From positions 63,116,001-63,180,000 of the forward strand of contig NC_083417.1 of the NCBI RefSeq assembly GCF_020745735.1: a stretch of 64,000 nt of DNA, in the 5' to 3' direction. Of the stretch, positions 24,501-38,000 are shown piece by piece (position 1 is the first letter of the stretch; every line of letters starts with the position of its first letter). The position numbers and the translations under genes are program-made. Origin of the DNA: Hemiscyllium ocellatum. Taxonomy: Eukaryota. The notes beneath the pieces are model-generated. The model was not told the DNA's origin, did not search any database, and saw nothing but the letters and a program-made list of their open reading frames with translations.

Positions 24501-25964
24501 AATTGTTCTTGAGATGAGTTACATGTAGATCCACTTTAGCATGCCCCCCAAAAAATCAAAGTATAGACGCATACTGAAAACTGGCGCGCAAGTTCACACA
24601 CATTTTCAGATAAAAGGACTTAGATATATAACGATGGGAGCTCGGGTGTTCCGAAGCACTTGAAAGTCAATCAAGTAAAACCATTGTTACATTGCAAGAT
24701 TTCACAGGCACACGCAGACTCACGTGCGCGGGCACGCGCATCGTCATTGTGGGCAGTCCCTTGGAATGAAGGACAACGGCAGTCAGGTTTGATGTGATCT
24801 CAGATGACTGAGAAGCCCTATTCTAGATGTAGATCGGTTTTCCGCAATGGGGGCTACGGTATTGCAAACAGAAATGGAATTCTCAGCACTTGATTATCTT
24901 CCTTCTCCATCCTCTGCCACAACCACTTCTCCTCGCAACTTCTACAGATGACTTGGTGCCATGCACATATTCACACACGTACATGAAAAGGGGACAATGG
25001 TGACGTGTAAAATGGGAATGGAGCGGACACTGCATTTCCTTTCTCACACAATTTCGCTGTTCTCCCAACACTCTTTCGTTTATTTCACGCCAGGGCCTTC
25101 TGCAACATTTTGGTAATTCCGGTTGCTACCCCAGCACAGCGGCCCAACTAAATTGACAAATTATTTTATCTGTAATGGCAACACTGGGTTCTCTTAATTG
25201 GAAAGATTGTTACCTTCTACCTTTGCCACATTACCTGTATTCATCCCACCTCAATCCATTAAATCCATTATTAGCGCTTGCAAATTAATGGAATCAATAA
25301 ACTGAAATAAAAGAAGAAAAAACGACTGTTGACAAAGTTACATCACCAAACAAGCTACACTGAACCGTTTTCACCAAATGTAGTCCTTGCAGCACGGCCA
25401 TCCTCCAAATCACAGAAAATGTGTTCCCTTCCAAACTTTGCTGCCCATTGGCTATCCTACACCAAATCGAGATCACCCAGCTCCCAATCCTCGTTTACCT
25501 GCAAATGTTTCTTATGGCTATTGGCTCAAATTTAAGATTCCGATTTTCTCTTGGCCTTGTTATTCCCTACCTCAGTACCAGTTCAGTCAATGATTCCACC
25601 CGCTATTCTCCTATCTGTGGAATATTGTATACTGCCAGTCCTTTGCCATCATTGCCTAGAGTCCATGCTCCAAAATTCCCTCCAAAGTCTCTGCTACGCC
25701 ATCTTCCTTTTCACACAGAATTCTTATTTAATCCACCACAAGAATTGATCTTTCACTCCTCTCTTCCTCTGTTTTTTTTGACAGGGTGTGGTTTGGCTTA
25801 CTCCTCAGGAGACACTGCTGCATGTTTGTGTTTCAAACGCTTTTTATAAATGTAAGTTGCATCAGATCACTTTCTTACTTTTCCAGTTTTGATGAAGTCC
25901 TATGACTGAACCGTTGATTTACTTTTTCTTGGCAAAAGTTAGTCAGCCCAATGTATGATCAGGT

Positions 25965-26440
25965 CATAGTCATAGAGTCTTAGAGATGCACAGCACAGTC
26001 CTACTTCTCCATGCTGACCAGATATCCCAACCCAATTTAGTCCCACCTGCCAGCACTCGGCCCATATCCCTCCAAACACTTCCTATTCTTATACCCATCC
26101 AGGTGCCTTTTAAATGTTGCAACTGTACTAGACGTCACCTCTTCCATTGGCAAATCAGTGCATACACGTACCACCCTTAGTTCTCTTTTATATCTTTCTC
26201 CTCTCACCCTAAACCTATGCCCTCTAGTTCTGGACTCCCCCACTTCAGGGAAGAGACTTTGTCTCTTTATCCTATCCATGCCCCTCATGATTTTACATAC
26301 CACTATAAGGTCACCCGTCAAGTTCCGACGATGCAGGGAAAACAGCCCCAACCTACTCAACCTCTCCCCAGAGCTCAAAACATCCAACCCTGTCAACATC
26401 CTTGTAAATCTTTTCTGAACCGTTTCAAGTTTCACGAAGG
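25965..26440 (-). mobile_element. CR1-type LINE 3' end
   Basis: ORF KLETVQKRFTRMLTGLDVLSSGERLSRLGLFSL... to the typical CR1 3' UTR. Confidence 0.85.
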
Positions 26441-26769
26441 AGACCAGAATTGTTTTGTTTTCCACGACTAACGGTCACATGCAACTTCCAGCACAAGCCG
26501 AGACTATTCAGCCCATCTGATATATTCTGGCATTTTTGTTCCTTCCAACGAGTCGTGTCTAATCCAATTTGCATATCATTTTATTTATTTCTGTTTCGTT
26601 TGCATATTAAACTGCCTTTTCGATTTCGCTCTGAGTATTTATGTCTGTGTGCATTCTATCCCAAGTGGAATCATTTTCTCTGGAATGATCCACCCTGTCA
26701 TACCTCCTCATAATACCAATTAGATTGCTCAGGTCATCCGTAGGTTTTCATTCTTCTTTAAATTGGTTT

Positions 26770-27020
26770 GAGTGCCAGGCGGCAGGTCTCACTCCTGTCT
26801 AAGGACAAGGTTCGCGATTGTCTCACTTCCAGACTAGAGCAGCAGTACTTGTGTTGGCATTCCAGTGCAGGATTGAACAAGTCCTGCTGTCGGAAGCACT
26901 ACTTTTCGGATGCGATGTTAAACCAAGTCGACATCCACCCTCTTGTGGTAACTTGAGGGATCCAATGCCACTACTTTGAAGTAGAGCTAAGCAGTTAACC
27001 CTACTGTCTTCAATCTTTAT
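26770..27020 (+). mobile_element. DeuSINE (SacSINE1-like) remnant
   Basis: ctgtcggaagcactacttttcggatgcgatgttaaacc...gatccaatgccactactttgaag resembles the Deu-domain core as I recall it. Confidence 0.6.
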
Positions 27021-27234
27021 CATTTAGTAAAAAGTGAGGTCTGCAGATGCTGGAGATGAGAGCTGAAAATGTGTTGCTGATTAAAGCGCAGCAGGTCAGG
27101 CAGCATCCAAGGAACAGGAAGAAGGGCTTGTGCCCGAAACGTCGAATTTCCTGTTCCTTGGATGCTGCCTGACCTGCTGCGCTTTAACCAGCAACACATT
27201 TTCAGATCTTTATCATTTAATCAGCATCTATCTG

Positions 27235-27283
27235 ACACACGCACACACTCACGCACACAAGCGCACGCACACGCACACACACA
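27235..27283. repeat. Imperfect (CA)n/(CACG)n microsatellite
   Basis: Read directly from the sequence. Confidence 0.85.
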
Positions 27284-28130
27284 CGGAAACATGCAGGAGC
27301 AACCGTTTACCTGGTCATTATCGTATTGTTAATTTGGGAAGTTTGCAGTGCGCACGAATTGGCTGTGGTGTCTCGTACGTCACAACTGTGACTAAACATA
27401 AAAAGTTGGCTGTGGCCACGTTGGGAAGTCCAGTGTTAAAGGCGAGATATGAATATGCTTTTCTGTAACGAATTCAAGACAGATGACATCTTACTGTCAA
27501 CTGATAAATTTGAAAATTTTCTTTGGATGTTATTTGTCATGAAATATTGTGCGGCCTCTTTATTTCGACAAAGTTGGAAATCCTTCAAATGACTTCGTTG
27601 AATGTTAAAGCAGACTGGCCATGAGAGGTCGCTATTTCCTTGCGAGGTAGCGTTGATCTGCAGATGGAACCGGTGGAAAATGTACGCCATCTCTCGCCAT
27701 TAGTTTCAAGTTGTAAATTGTGGTGACATGTTTTAAAAGCCAATAAATGAAGTTGACTTTGGAATCTGAAGAGTCAAAATTGGTGGCTGTATGTCTCTCC
27801 ACTGAAAAATGATAAGCGCTGGAAAGTAATTTTAACTTGTCCCCGAAGCGCGCTTTTTACTAGAACCACAGTTCCAGGTTTCACGTTGCCCTGAAGCTTT
27901 CGGGGCACGTTGCGATCTTCATGCTAAAACCTTACTGTTCTGCACAGGAGGATTGACATTCACTCAATCTGGTCAATCTTCAGATGAACAGGTTAAAATA
28001 TGAAGGAGAATGACACTATTTTGCAACAAAAAAAAACCCTTAAAGAACTGTGGATGCTGGAAATCGGAAATAAGAACATAAATTGTTGGGAAAACTCAGC
28101 AGGTGTATCAGCACCAGTGGAGAATAAGCC

Positions 28131-28168
28131 AGTTAAGGTTTCGGATCTGATGATCCTTCCTCAGAACT
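28131..28168 (-). ncRNA. Minimal type I hammerhead-ribozyme-like motif in a Penelope-derived short repeat
   Basis: Minus strand agtt-CTGAGGA-aggatc atca gatcc-GAAA-CCTT-aact: core, stem II and stem I present; helix III palindrome CG changed to CC. Confidence 0.5.
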
Positions 28169-28899
28169 GAAATTATTTTATGTTTGAAACGTAAATTATT
28201 ATCATCGAAGATGAAGTGAAGTAAAATTTAGCCTAATTTGTAAAGATATGTTGGAAACTACAGTAACGAATGATGCTTGAACTTGAATTTCGCAGGATGT
28301 TTTGATACGTATAACTATGAGTGTGTACACCAGTCTGCAAAAAGAAAAATCTGCAGGTTATGAAACTTTAAAATGAAAGGCGATAATAAATGTGTACAAC
28401 GTGAGCTTGAAGATATCAACATGGGATTAATTGTGATAATAATGACACCTAATTGGGCATTTGTGCAATTTTTGCAACGGCAATCCTAAAGCATCGAACC
28501 CTAAATCCAATGTTAAATACAAGCCTAAAAAGGCTTACATTAATTCTAATAATTTAACCCTTAATCCTAAAACATCGTGTTAACTCCACCCTTAAAATTA
28601 AACCATGGGGTTTCATCGGCGCACACAGCAGGTTATCGTGTCAGGTTTGTTGAGGGCATCTTTACACAAATTGGACGAGGTCAGTAGTCATTGACAGATG
28701 GCCAACCTCTTCTTGGCAACTAATTTGCAAAGTGATATTGGTTGAGAATTGTGAAACCGTAGCATTATAGGATGTACCATATGATTATTTTTAGACATGA
28801 CATTTGGTAAAAACCTTGTCACTGAAAGGATCGGATGATTCTGAGCGCATATTTAGCAAAACCTTCCGCCATTAGGGGTTCCCCTGTCACGTGTTGGTC

Positions 28900-29945
28900 T
28901 CGTATAGAGTCATAGAATCACAGAGATGTACAGCACAGAAACATACCCTTCAGCCCAACCCGTTCCTACCGACATTCTAAATTAATCTAGTCTCATTAAA
29001 ATTAAAGAATAATATCCCTAGAGTATGAAACAGGCCCTTCAGCCCAACAAGTTCACACCAACCCTCTGAAGAGTGACCAACTCAGATGCATTCCCCTACC
29101 CTATTGCTCTACATTTAACCCTGACGAGTGCACCGAACCCGCACATCGCTGAGAACTATGGGCAATTTAGCATGGCCAATTAACCTAACCTGCACGTCTT
29201 TGGATTGTGGAAGGAAACCCATGCAGGCATGGGGAGAATGTGCAAACCCCACACGGACAGTCGCTCGAGGCTTGAATCCAACCGGGATCCCAGGCATTGT
29301 GAGGCAGAAGTGCTAACCACAGAGTCACTGTGTCGCTGCAATTTGCTAGCACTTGGTCAATATCCCTCTAAACCCTTCCTATCAATGTACCCATTCAGAC
29401 GCCTTTTAAACATTGTAATTGTATCAATCTTCATCATTTCCTTTGGCAGTTCATTCCATACATGCACCACCCTCTGCTTCTAAAAGGTGTCCCTTAGGCC
29501 CCTTTTAAATTATCCTCTCTTACCCTAAACCTATGCCCTCTAGTTCTGGACTCACCCACTCCAGGGAAAAGACTTTGTCTATTTACCCTATCCATGCTCC
29601 TCACGATTTCATGAATCGCTATAAGGTCACCCCTCAGCCTCCTACACTCATGGGAAAACAGCCCCAGCATATTCCCTGTAGCTCAAACCCTCAAATCCGA
29701 GCAACAACCTTGTAAATCCTTCCTGAACCCTTTCAAGTTTTACAACATTCTTCCCATTGGAGAGAGAGCAGAATTGCACACAATATTCTAGAAGTGGCCT
29801 AACCAATGTCCTGTACAACTGCAACATGACCTCCCAACTCCTATACTGAATGCATACGAAACACCTTCCTGACTATCCTATTTATCTGTGACTCAATTTT
29901 TAAGGAACTATGAATCTGCACTCCAAGGTCTCTTTGTTCAGCATA
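28900..29945 (-). mobile_element. CR1 3' fragment with nested HE1-type SINE (29012-29337)
   Basis: Same motifs as the CR1 at 54.3-55.1 kb and the SINE at 55141-55451. Confidence 0.8.
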
Positions 29946-30213
29946 GGGCATTTTGTCAACTAATTAATCGAGATTAATTATAATATGACACCATTATAAT
30001 GCGTCCATGAGGGCATTGCAAGGGAAACTGGACAGATTTTAACCTTTTTGTCAAGAGAACATCAAAACTGCCGACAGAGTGGAGGAATACTACATAGTGG
30101 TGAAACAGTCTGTGAATGATTTCTCAAATGTAGAAAAGGCCACATCGTGAGCAGAAATTGTAAATACCAGTTGATAGAATTGCAAGTAAATCGTTATTTC
30201 AATAGCAGTCTGT

Positions 30214-30533
30214 CTTAGAATCTTAGAATCCCTACAGTGTGGAAACAGGCCCATTGGCCTAATAAGTCCACACCGACCCTCTAAAGAGTATCACACCCAA
30301 ATCCATTACTCTATACTTACCACTGACTAATACACCTAAACTACACATCCCTGAACAGTATGGTCAATTTAGTATGGCCAATTCACCTAGCCTGCACTTG
30401 TTTGGATTGTGGGAGGAAACCGGAGCGCCTGGAATAAGCCCATGCAGACATGAGGAGAAAGTGTAACCTCCACACAGACAGTTGCCCAAGGTTGGAATTT
30501 AATCTGGTTCCCTGGCACTGTGGAGCAGCACTC
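30214..30533 (-). mobile_element. HE1-type SINE
   Basis: ttagaatccctacagtgtggaaacagg tail and tttggattgtgggaggaaaccggag body. Confidence 0.85.
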
Positions 30534-31717
30534 TTGAATGTATATGCACATGTTACTTAAATAATATTAAAATGTATTTCGTGAAATTTGTAGTTACAAC
30601 GGAAAAAAATGCAATTTGATCTGGACTTGAGCTATCGAGTTTCATGGTCATGAAAGGTAATAAACCACAATCATTTTTATTTTATTGTGCCTACTATCAG
30701 TGTCCAACACCCTTCTCTTGATTATTATTTAGCGCAATGGAGGAAATGAGTTGAGTTCTCTCTTAAAAGAAATGTGAGAATTAAATGTTTTGCATTAGTC
30801 ATGGAGCATGGCCATCACTGGCTAAGTTTGTATTTATTATCTATCCCAAATCACCCTTGCAGATTGTGGTGAGCTTACTTTTGATTGCTTCAGTCCTTTG
30901 TGTGTAAGTACTCCCATACTATTGTTCAGAGGACATTTAAGGATATTAATTCAGGAAGAAATGAGGGCACAATGAGAATGTAATGCAGGCTGGTGTGCGG
31001 TTTGGAGAGGAGCTTGCAGGTCGTCCAGCATCTGCTGCTCTTGTCCTTCCAGATGGTCAAGATCATGGGATTAAAAGTTGCTGTTGGAGGTGTCTGGAGA
31101 GTTGCTATTGTGCAACTTGCAGATAGTGCACATTGTTGTCCCTGTACATCAAATGTAGGAACTGAATGTAGAAAGTGTTGGATTGGATGCCTTTCACATA
31201 GGCTGCTTTACCTTGGATGATGTTGAGCTTCTTGGCTGATAGATATGCACTCATGCAGGCAAATGGAGACTATTTCATGATGCTCCTGACTTATGCCTTA
31301 TAGATGATGGAAAGGCATTCACATGTCACGAAGCAAATTACTGGCTGCAGAAATCTTTGCATTTCAATTGTTCTTGCAATGCCAGTATTTATTTAGAGTG
31401 CTGACAAATGTTTTGGAATGAGATTCATTGAAGTCATGTAAGAGCAGAGGCACCAGTCTCGAATAAGCATACAAAGAATCTTACACAGTCAACTGGAGAG
31501 TTGTATTAGAGAACTTTTGTACAGATATACCATTAAACAATGAAGGTGAAAATTACCACTTCACCCTCCCTTCTTACCATTCCCAAGGAATGTTACATAT
31601 CATTTCAATAGTTAGCCACAATAAATGAAACAGTGATAGATATCAATTGTATGGTATATGGCTGGATATCCTCGACTTCCATCCATAAATAATTCACTAA
31701 TCCTGTTTTCTAGATTC

Positions 31718-31858
31718 TCAGCCTCTTTTGTTCATTGCCAGCTTTATAAATGCATATACTGTGCATTTGTCCAGAGATATAGGTGGTGATTTGTGTTTTG
31801 GAATTAGCAAGCTTCAAGTGGCATCAGCCAAATTGTCATCTCAGCTTCCTTGTTTCGT
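31718..31858 (-). pseudogene. Receptor B relic ITIM/ITSM tail exon (inactivated)
   Basis: Same acceptor (attactttcacag) and length (141 nt) as 8953-9093. In-frame stops at codons 6 and 15, ITIM Tyr TAT->GAT, second motif retained as TVYAFI. Confidence 0.8.
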
Positions 31859-34237
31859 CTGTGAAAGTAATGTTTAATATCGACTGTTAGTGCATTGTCA
31901 CTCACTATTTAAGATTATCGTGGTTGAAAATAAAGGCTGTTAGCAATTTTCCTTTCAATTCCCAATTTGCCTCATGACCTCTATCACATAGAGGGACAAG
32001 GGAAAAGGTACCTCGGGATATCACCATCTCCATACTGACTTGGAATTATACCACTGCCCCTTCATAGTCGGTACTTAACGTAATCAAACCCCTTTCCTAT
32101 CAGTATTATGGTTGTGTCAACACCACATGGAGTGCAAAAGTTCCAGACGACAACGCACTGTTACTTTCTCAAGATCAATTAGATGGGCAAGAAGTGTTGG
32201 CCTAGTCAGTGTTCCCCATATGTCATGAATTAATATGAATTTGAGTTAGAGCAATATCGAGACACTAAAAACAGCATTATGGCCTATCAAGTCTAAAGGC
32301 TTTTTGTGAGGTATGCCAGTCATCCTACTACTTTATTTGATCACTGTAGCCCTACTCTGTAGCCCCTTTCTTCAAGTGCTCATCCAATTCCCTTTTGAAA
32401 CAATTGATAGTCTCTGCTTCCACCACCCTAATGGGCTACATGTTCCAGGCCAATATCACTCAAGTTTCCTTGGATTTCCTCTGCATGTATTTTCCAAAAT
32501 CTCAAATGTATTTTTCCAAGATTTTGTGCTGTCAATTAGTTGGACAGGTTTTTCCTTGTCTCCCTTATCTAAAGCTACTATAATCTTGAACACCTCTATG
32601 ATGTCATACCCTCAATCTCCTTTTATCAAGGCCAATAATCTCATCTTTTCCAAGCTGATCATGCATTTACTATTTCTGATCTCGAATACTTACGTAGTGT
32701 ATCTCATGTGCACCCCTTCAGGACCTACTCTTCCTCAACTGTGATGACCAGAAGTTGATTCAGTATTCTAATTGTGACCTAACCAAATCTATAAAGGTTC
32801 AACATTACTTCCCTACTTAAGTATTCAATGCCTCAATTGACGAATTTCAAGAAAACAGAAGATTTTCCAACTTATTCTGTCCTGCCATGTTCAAAGATTA
32901 ATCCATAAACACCATCTACACCCTTCTGTTCTTGCACACTCTTCAGAATGGTGCCAATAAGACTATGTTGTTTCTCCTCATGCATTCTCAAAAATTAATC
33001 ATCTTAATTTTATTAAATTACATGTATCACTTGCTAGCCTATATCCTGTCATAATCCATTAATATCATCATCTGTTACCATTCCAAGTTTGGCTTCATCA
33101 TGAAATTCATAAATTTGATTCTGTATTCCAACATTCAAATCATATACATACAAGAACAAAAATATACTTTATTTACAGATTTAATTTATTTGTTTGGTTT
33201 CTGTCAGTGTTTCAATCTTTTCCCAATGAATACTGTGTTTGTATACTGGTTGAATCTAGATATGAAAAGTGTTTGTCTGCTATTATAACCTATTCAAGGA
33301 AGCAGCTTAATGTTTAAATGAAAATAGCAGACAGAAACATTTCATATGGACCTGTTAATTTCTTTGTTTAACTGCAGCTGGTCCATACTGCTCATAGAAT
33401 TTTTCATGCCTGATGGAATATGTCTGCGTTCAGAATTTAAATGTGCAGCATTGCTTTTCACAATCTTTCCTTGTGAGATTTCTTCTCAGTTCGAGTTAGT
33501 TTTTGCATCTTGTTTTGCATCTTGGTAATTGTCTTTTATTTAAGTTTCAGACACACCTTTTGGACCCAAGAGTTTATTTTTCAAACTGAAAGTGAAAATC
33601 CTTTATGTTATGGTCACTTTCCCTAATGGTTCGTTTATTGCAATGTCATCAAACAAATTTTCTCATTCAGCATTACTGGTACTAAATTTGTCTGCTCCCT
33701 AAATTATTGTTTTTCGAAATTGTTATGAATACATCCCATAAACTGCTTCTCAACTCAAATAGCCCCTCATTCTTTACAACCTCAGAGAAGGAAGTCTGAA
33801 TTTACTCAACCCCTCATTATTGAACATCCACCTCGTCCTGGGGACAAACTTACTTCAGGTTCACAGTCTAGAGTCCACAATGAATGCATCTTTCCCTAAA
33901 CAATAAACAAATAAATATGGATGGTGGAAATCTGAAACATAAATAGAAATTGCTGGAGAAACTCAGCAGGCCAGGCAGCATCTATGTAGAGAAAGCAACG
34001 TTAGCATTTTCAATCCTGCAAACCTTCTTCAGAAATGTTTTGCCGCAACTTCTGCTTTCGTTGTATCTTTATTAACTATTGAAAGCAAATTGCACACAAT
34101 TTCCAGAAGTTGTATCACCAAAGCCTGGCACAACTGGAGCAAGATTTCTTTCTTCGTTTTGCTCCACAGCTCTCAGAATAAAATCCAGTGTGCCTTTCAC
34201 CCTCCAAACAACTTGCTCTACCTGCATGCTGACTTTC

Positions 34238-34543
34238 ATAGAATCCCTACAGTGAGGAAATGGGTCATTCAGCCCAACACATCCAAACTAACCCTCTGGA
34301 GAGTAACCTACCCAGACCCATTCACCCTACCCTAGCACTCTACATTTACCTCTGACTAATGCACTAGCCTACGCATGGACAATTTAGCACGGTCAATTCA
34401 CCAAACATGCACATCTTTGGATGATGGGAGAAAATCCACACAGACGTGGATAGAATGTGCAAACTCCACAGACAATTGCCTAAGGCTAGAATCAAACCCT
34501 GGTCCCTGGTGCTGTGAGGCAGCAGTGGTAACCACCAAGCCAC
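34238..34543 (-). mobile_element. HE1-type SINE, diverged
   Basis: catagaatccctacagtg tail and body similar to the other copies. Confidence 0.75.
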
Positions 34544-35099
34544 CATGTTACTTGTATATGTGCATCCACATCTCTTTATGCATAGCATTTATATCTACCA
34601 TTTTGATATGTCCATTCTGTATTAAGAGTTAAATCACCCACAACTATTGTAATTTTTTTTAACCATTCATAGTATTTATTGATTTCTTTAAAAGTAGCCA
34701 CTGATTGGTGGACTATAAACTACTTCCATTTGGAAATTGTTTTCCTTGCTTTCTCTCACCTCCACCCACAGACTTTTTGGCATATTAATTTTCTGAACAA
34801 AGGTGATTTCTCATGACTGTGCTGCTCATACATTTATTAACAGAGCCATATCCTTTGTTTTGATGCTGTCCTTATGTAAGGTCACACACCTTCTAATATA
34901 AATTATCCAGTTTTGGTTATCTTGCAAACATGTCTCTGCAATGTTATCATATCATAGCTATTTTTCTGTATTCATGTGATCAATTCCTCAAGCCTGTTAC
35001 AAATTCTTGGTTTGAGACAAAAAAACCTGCAAATTCTGGAATCCAAGGCAGACAGTCAGGAGGCTGGAAGAGCACAGCAGGCCAGGCCACCATCAGGAG

Positions 35100-38000
35100 G
35101 TGGAGGAGAGTTTACGTGTTACTGAGGATTATATCTGTAATAAATGCTGTTGGTTGCAAATCTGATCAGATCGAATGGATCAGTTGGAAAGATAGTTAGA
35201 GGCAATACGGAATTTACAAGAGCATGGGAATATGACGGATGGCAGTTGTAGGAAGTGGGGAAAGTCGCAGATCCAGTCACACAGATGGTTTAACTCTAGG
35301 AAAGGTAAGAGAGGTTGGCAGGTAGTGCAAAAGTCTTCTGTGACTATCCCCATTTCAAACAAATATGCTGTTTTGGAAAATGCTTGGGGTAATGGATTCT
35401 CAGGGAAATGTAACATGAACAACCAAGATTTTGGTATTGAAATTGGTTCTAATGTAATGAGGGGTACATTGGGTTCCAAGAGATCGATTGTGTTAGATGG
35501 CTCTCTAGTCTGAAGTACAGACAGATGTTTCTGTGGACAGCAGTGGAAAATCAGAATGATTTGTTGCTTCCCTGGTGCCAGGATCAAGGGTGTCTCGGGG
35601 AGGGTGCAGAATGTTCTCATGGGGGATGGGGTCGGCAGAAGGTCATTGTACAGATTGGAAACAATGACATAGGAAGGGAAAAGGATGAGATTCCGCAGGG
35701 AGATGACAGTGAGTTAGGCAGGAATTTAAAAAGGAGCTCTTCGAGAATAGTAATATCTGGATTACTCCCGGTGCTATGAGCTGGTGAGGGCAGGAATACG
35801 AGGATAGAACAGATGAATGTATGGCTGAGGAGTTGGTGTATGGGAGATGGACTCACACTTTTGGATCATTGGAATCTCCTTTGGGGTAGAAGTGACCTGT
35901 ACAAGAAGGATGGATTGTGCCTAAATTGGAAGGGGACTAATGTAGTGGCAGGGAGATTTGCTAGAGCTGCTTGGGAGGATTTAAATTAGGAAGGTGGGGA
36001 GGTAGGACCCAGGGAGACAGTGAGGAAAGAGATCAACCTGAAACTGGTACAGTTGAGAACAGCAGCTAGTCAAATAGTCAGCGCATGCAGGAACAAAGCA
36101 GAGAACAAGGTAGGACTGATAAATTAAACTGCATTTATTTCAATGCAAGGGCCTTAACAGGGAAGGCAGATGGATTCAGGGCATGGTTAGGAACATGGGA
36201 CTGGAACATTATAGCAATTACAGAAACATGGCTCAGGGACGGACAGGACTGTCAGCTTAATATCCAGGATACAAATGCTATAGGAAGGACAGAAAGGGAG
36301 GCAAGAGAGATGGGAGAGTAGTGTTTTTGATTAGGGATAGCATTACAGCTGTACCGAGGAAGGAAATTCCCAGAAATACATGCACGGACATTATTTGGGT
36401 GGAACTGAGAATTAAGAAAGGGATGATCACCTTATTGGGATTGTACTATCGACTCCCTAATAGTCAGAGTGAAATTGAGAAACAAATTTGTAAGGAGAGC
36501 TCAATTATCTGTAGAAATAATTGGGTGGTTATGGGAGGGAAACTTTACTTTCCAAACATCGACTGGGACTGCCATAGTGTTAAGGGTTTAGTTGGAGAAG
36601 AATTTGTTCAGTCTGTACAAGAAAATTTTCTGAGTCAGTATGTGGATGTACCTACGAGAGCAGACGCAAAACCTGACCTATTTTTGGGAAATAAGGCAGG
36701 GCAGGTGACTGAGGTGTCAGCGACTATAATTCCATTAGTTTTAAAATAGTAATGGAAAAGGATTGATCAGATCTTAAAGTTGAAGTTCATAATTGGAAAA
36801 AGGCCAATTTGGATGGTATTAGGCAAGAAGTTTCAAAGTCTGATTAGGGGCAGATGTTCACAGGTAAAGTGATGGCTGGAAAATGGGAAGCCTTCAGAAA
36901 TTAGATAACGAGAGTCCAGGGACAGTATATTCCTGTTAGGGTGAAAGGAAAGGCTGGTAGGTGTAGGGAATGCTGGATGACTAAAGAAATTGAGAGTTTG
37001 GTTAAGAAAAAGAAGGAAGGTATAGACAGAATAGATCAAGAGAATCCTCAGAAGAGTATAACATCAGTAGGAGTATGCTTAAGAGGGAAATCAGGAGGGC
37101 AAAAAGTGGACATGAGATAGCTTTGGCAAATCAAGTTAAGGAGAACCCAAAGGGTTTTTACAAATACATTCAGGACAAAATGATAACTAGGGAGAGAATA
37201 GGATTCCTCAAAGCTCAGGAAAGTGGCCTTTGTGTTGAATCGCAGGAGATGCGGGAGATATTAAACAAATCTGTTGTATCAATATTTACTGTGGAAATGG
37301 ACATGGAAAGTATAGAAAGTAGGGAAATAGCTGGTGACATTTTGAAAAATATCCTTATTACAGAGGAGGAAGTGCTGGATGTCTTGACATGCCGAAAGGT
37401 GGATAAACCCCCAAAACCTGATCAGGTGTACCATAGAACTGGTTGCTGGGTCTCTTTCTGTGATATTTGTATCATTGAAAATCACAGGTGAGGTACGGAA
37501 GACTGGAGGTTGGCTAACGTGGTGCCACAGTTCAAGAAAGGTGGTAAGAACAAGCCAGGGAAATAGCTGGTGACATCTTGAAAAATATCCTTATTACAGA
37601 GGAGGAAGTACTGGATGTCTTGACATGCCTAAAGGTGGATAAACCCCCAGAACCTGATCAGATGTACCCTAGAACTCTGTGGGAATCTAGGGGAATGATT
37701 GCTGGGCCTCTTACTGAGATACTTGTATCATTGAAAATCACAGGTAAGGTACGGAAGACTGGAGGTTGGCTAACGTGGTGCCACAGTTCAAGAAAGGTGG
37801 TAAGGACAAGCCAGGGAACTATAGACCAGTGAGCCTGACGTTGGTAGTGGGACATTTGTTGGATGGAATCCTGAGGGTCAAGATGTACATGTATTTGGAA
37901 AGGCAAGGACTGATTAGGGATAGGCAACATGGCTTCGTGTATGGGAAATCATGTCTCACAAACTTGATTGAGTTTTTTGAAGAAACATCTCTATGACTAT

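Noticed and set aside
25801-25822. MQQCLLR followed by gtaagc as an alternative first exon
   Set aside because: Not hydrophobic, ~7.8 kb from the clear 55-nt leader exon, and no paralog seen.
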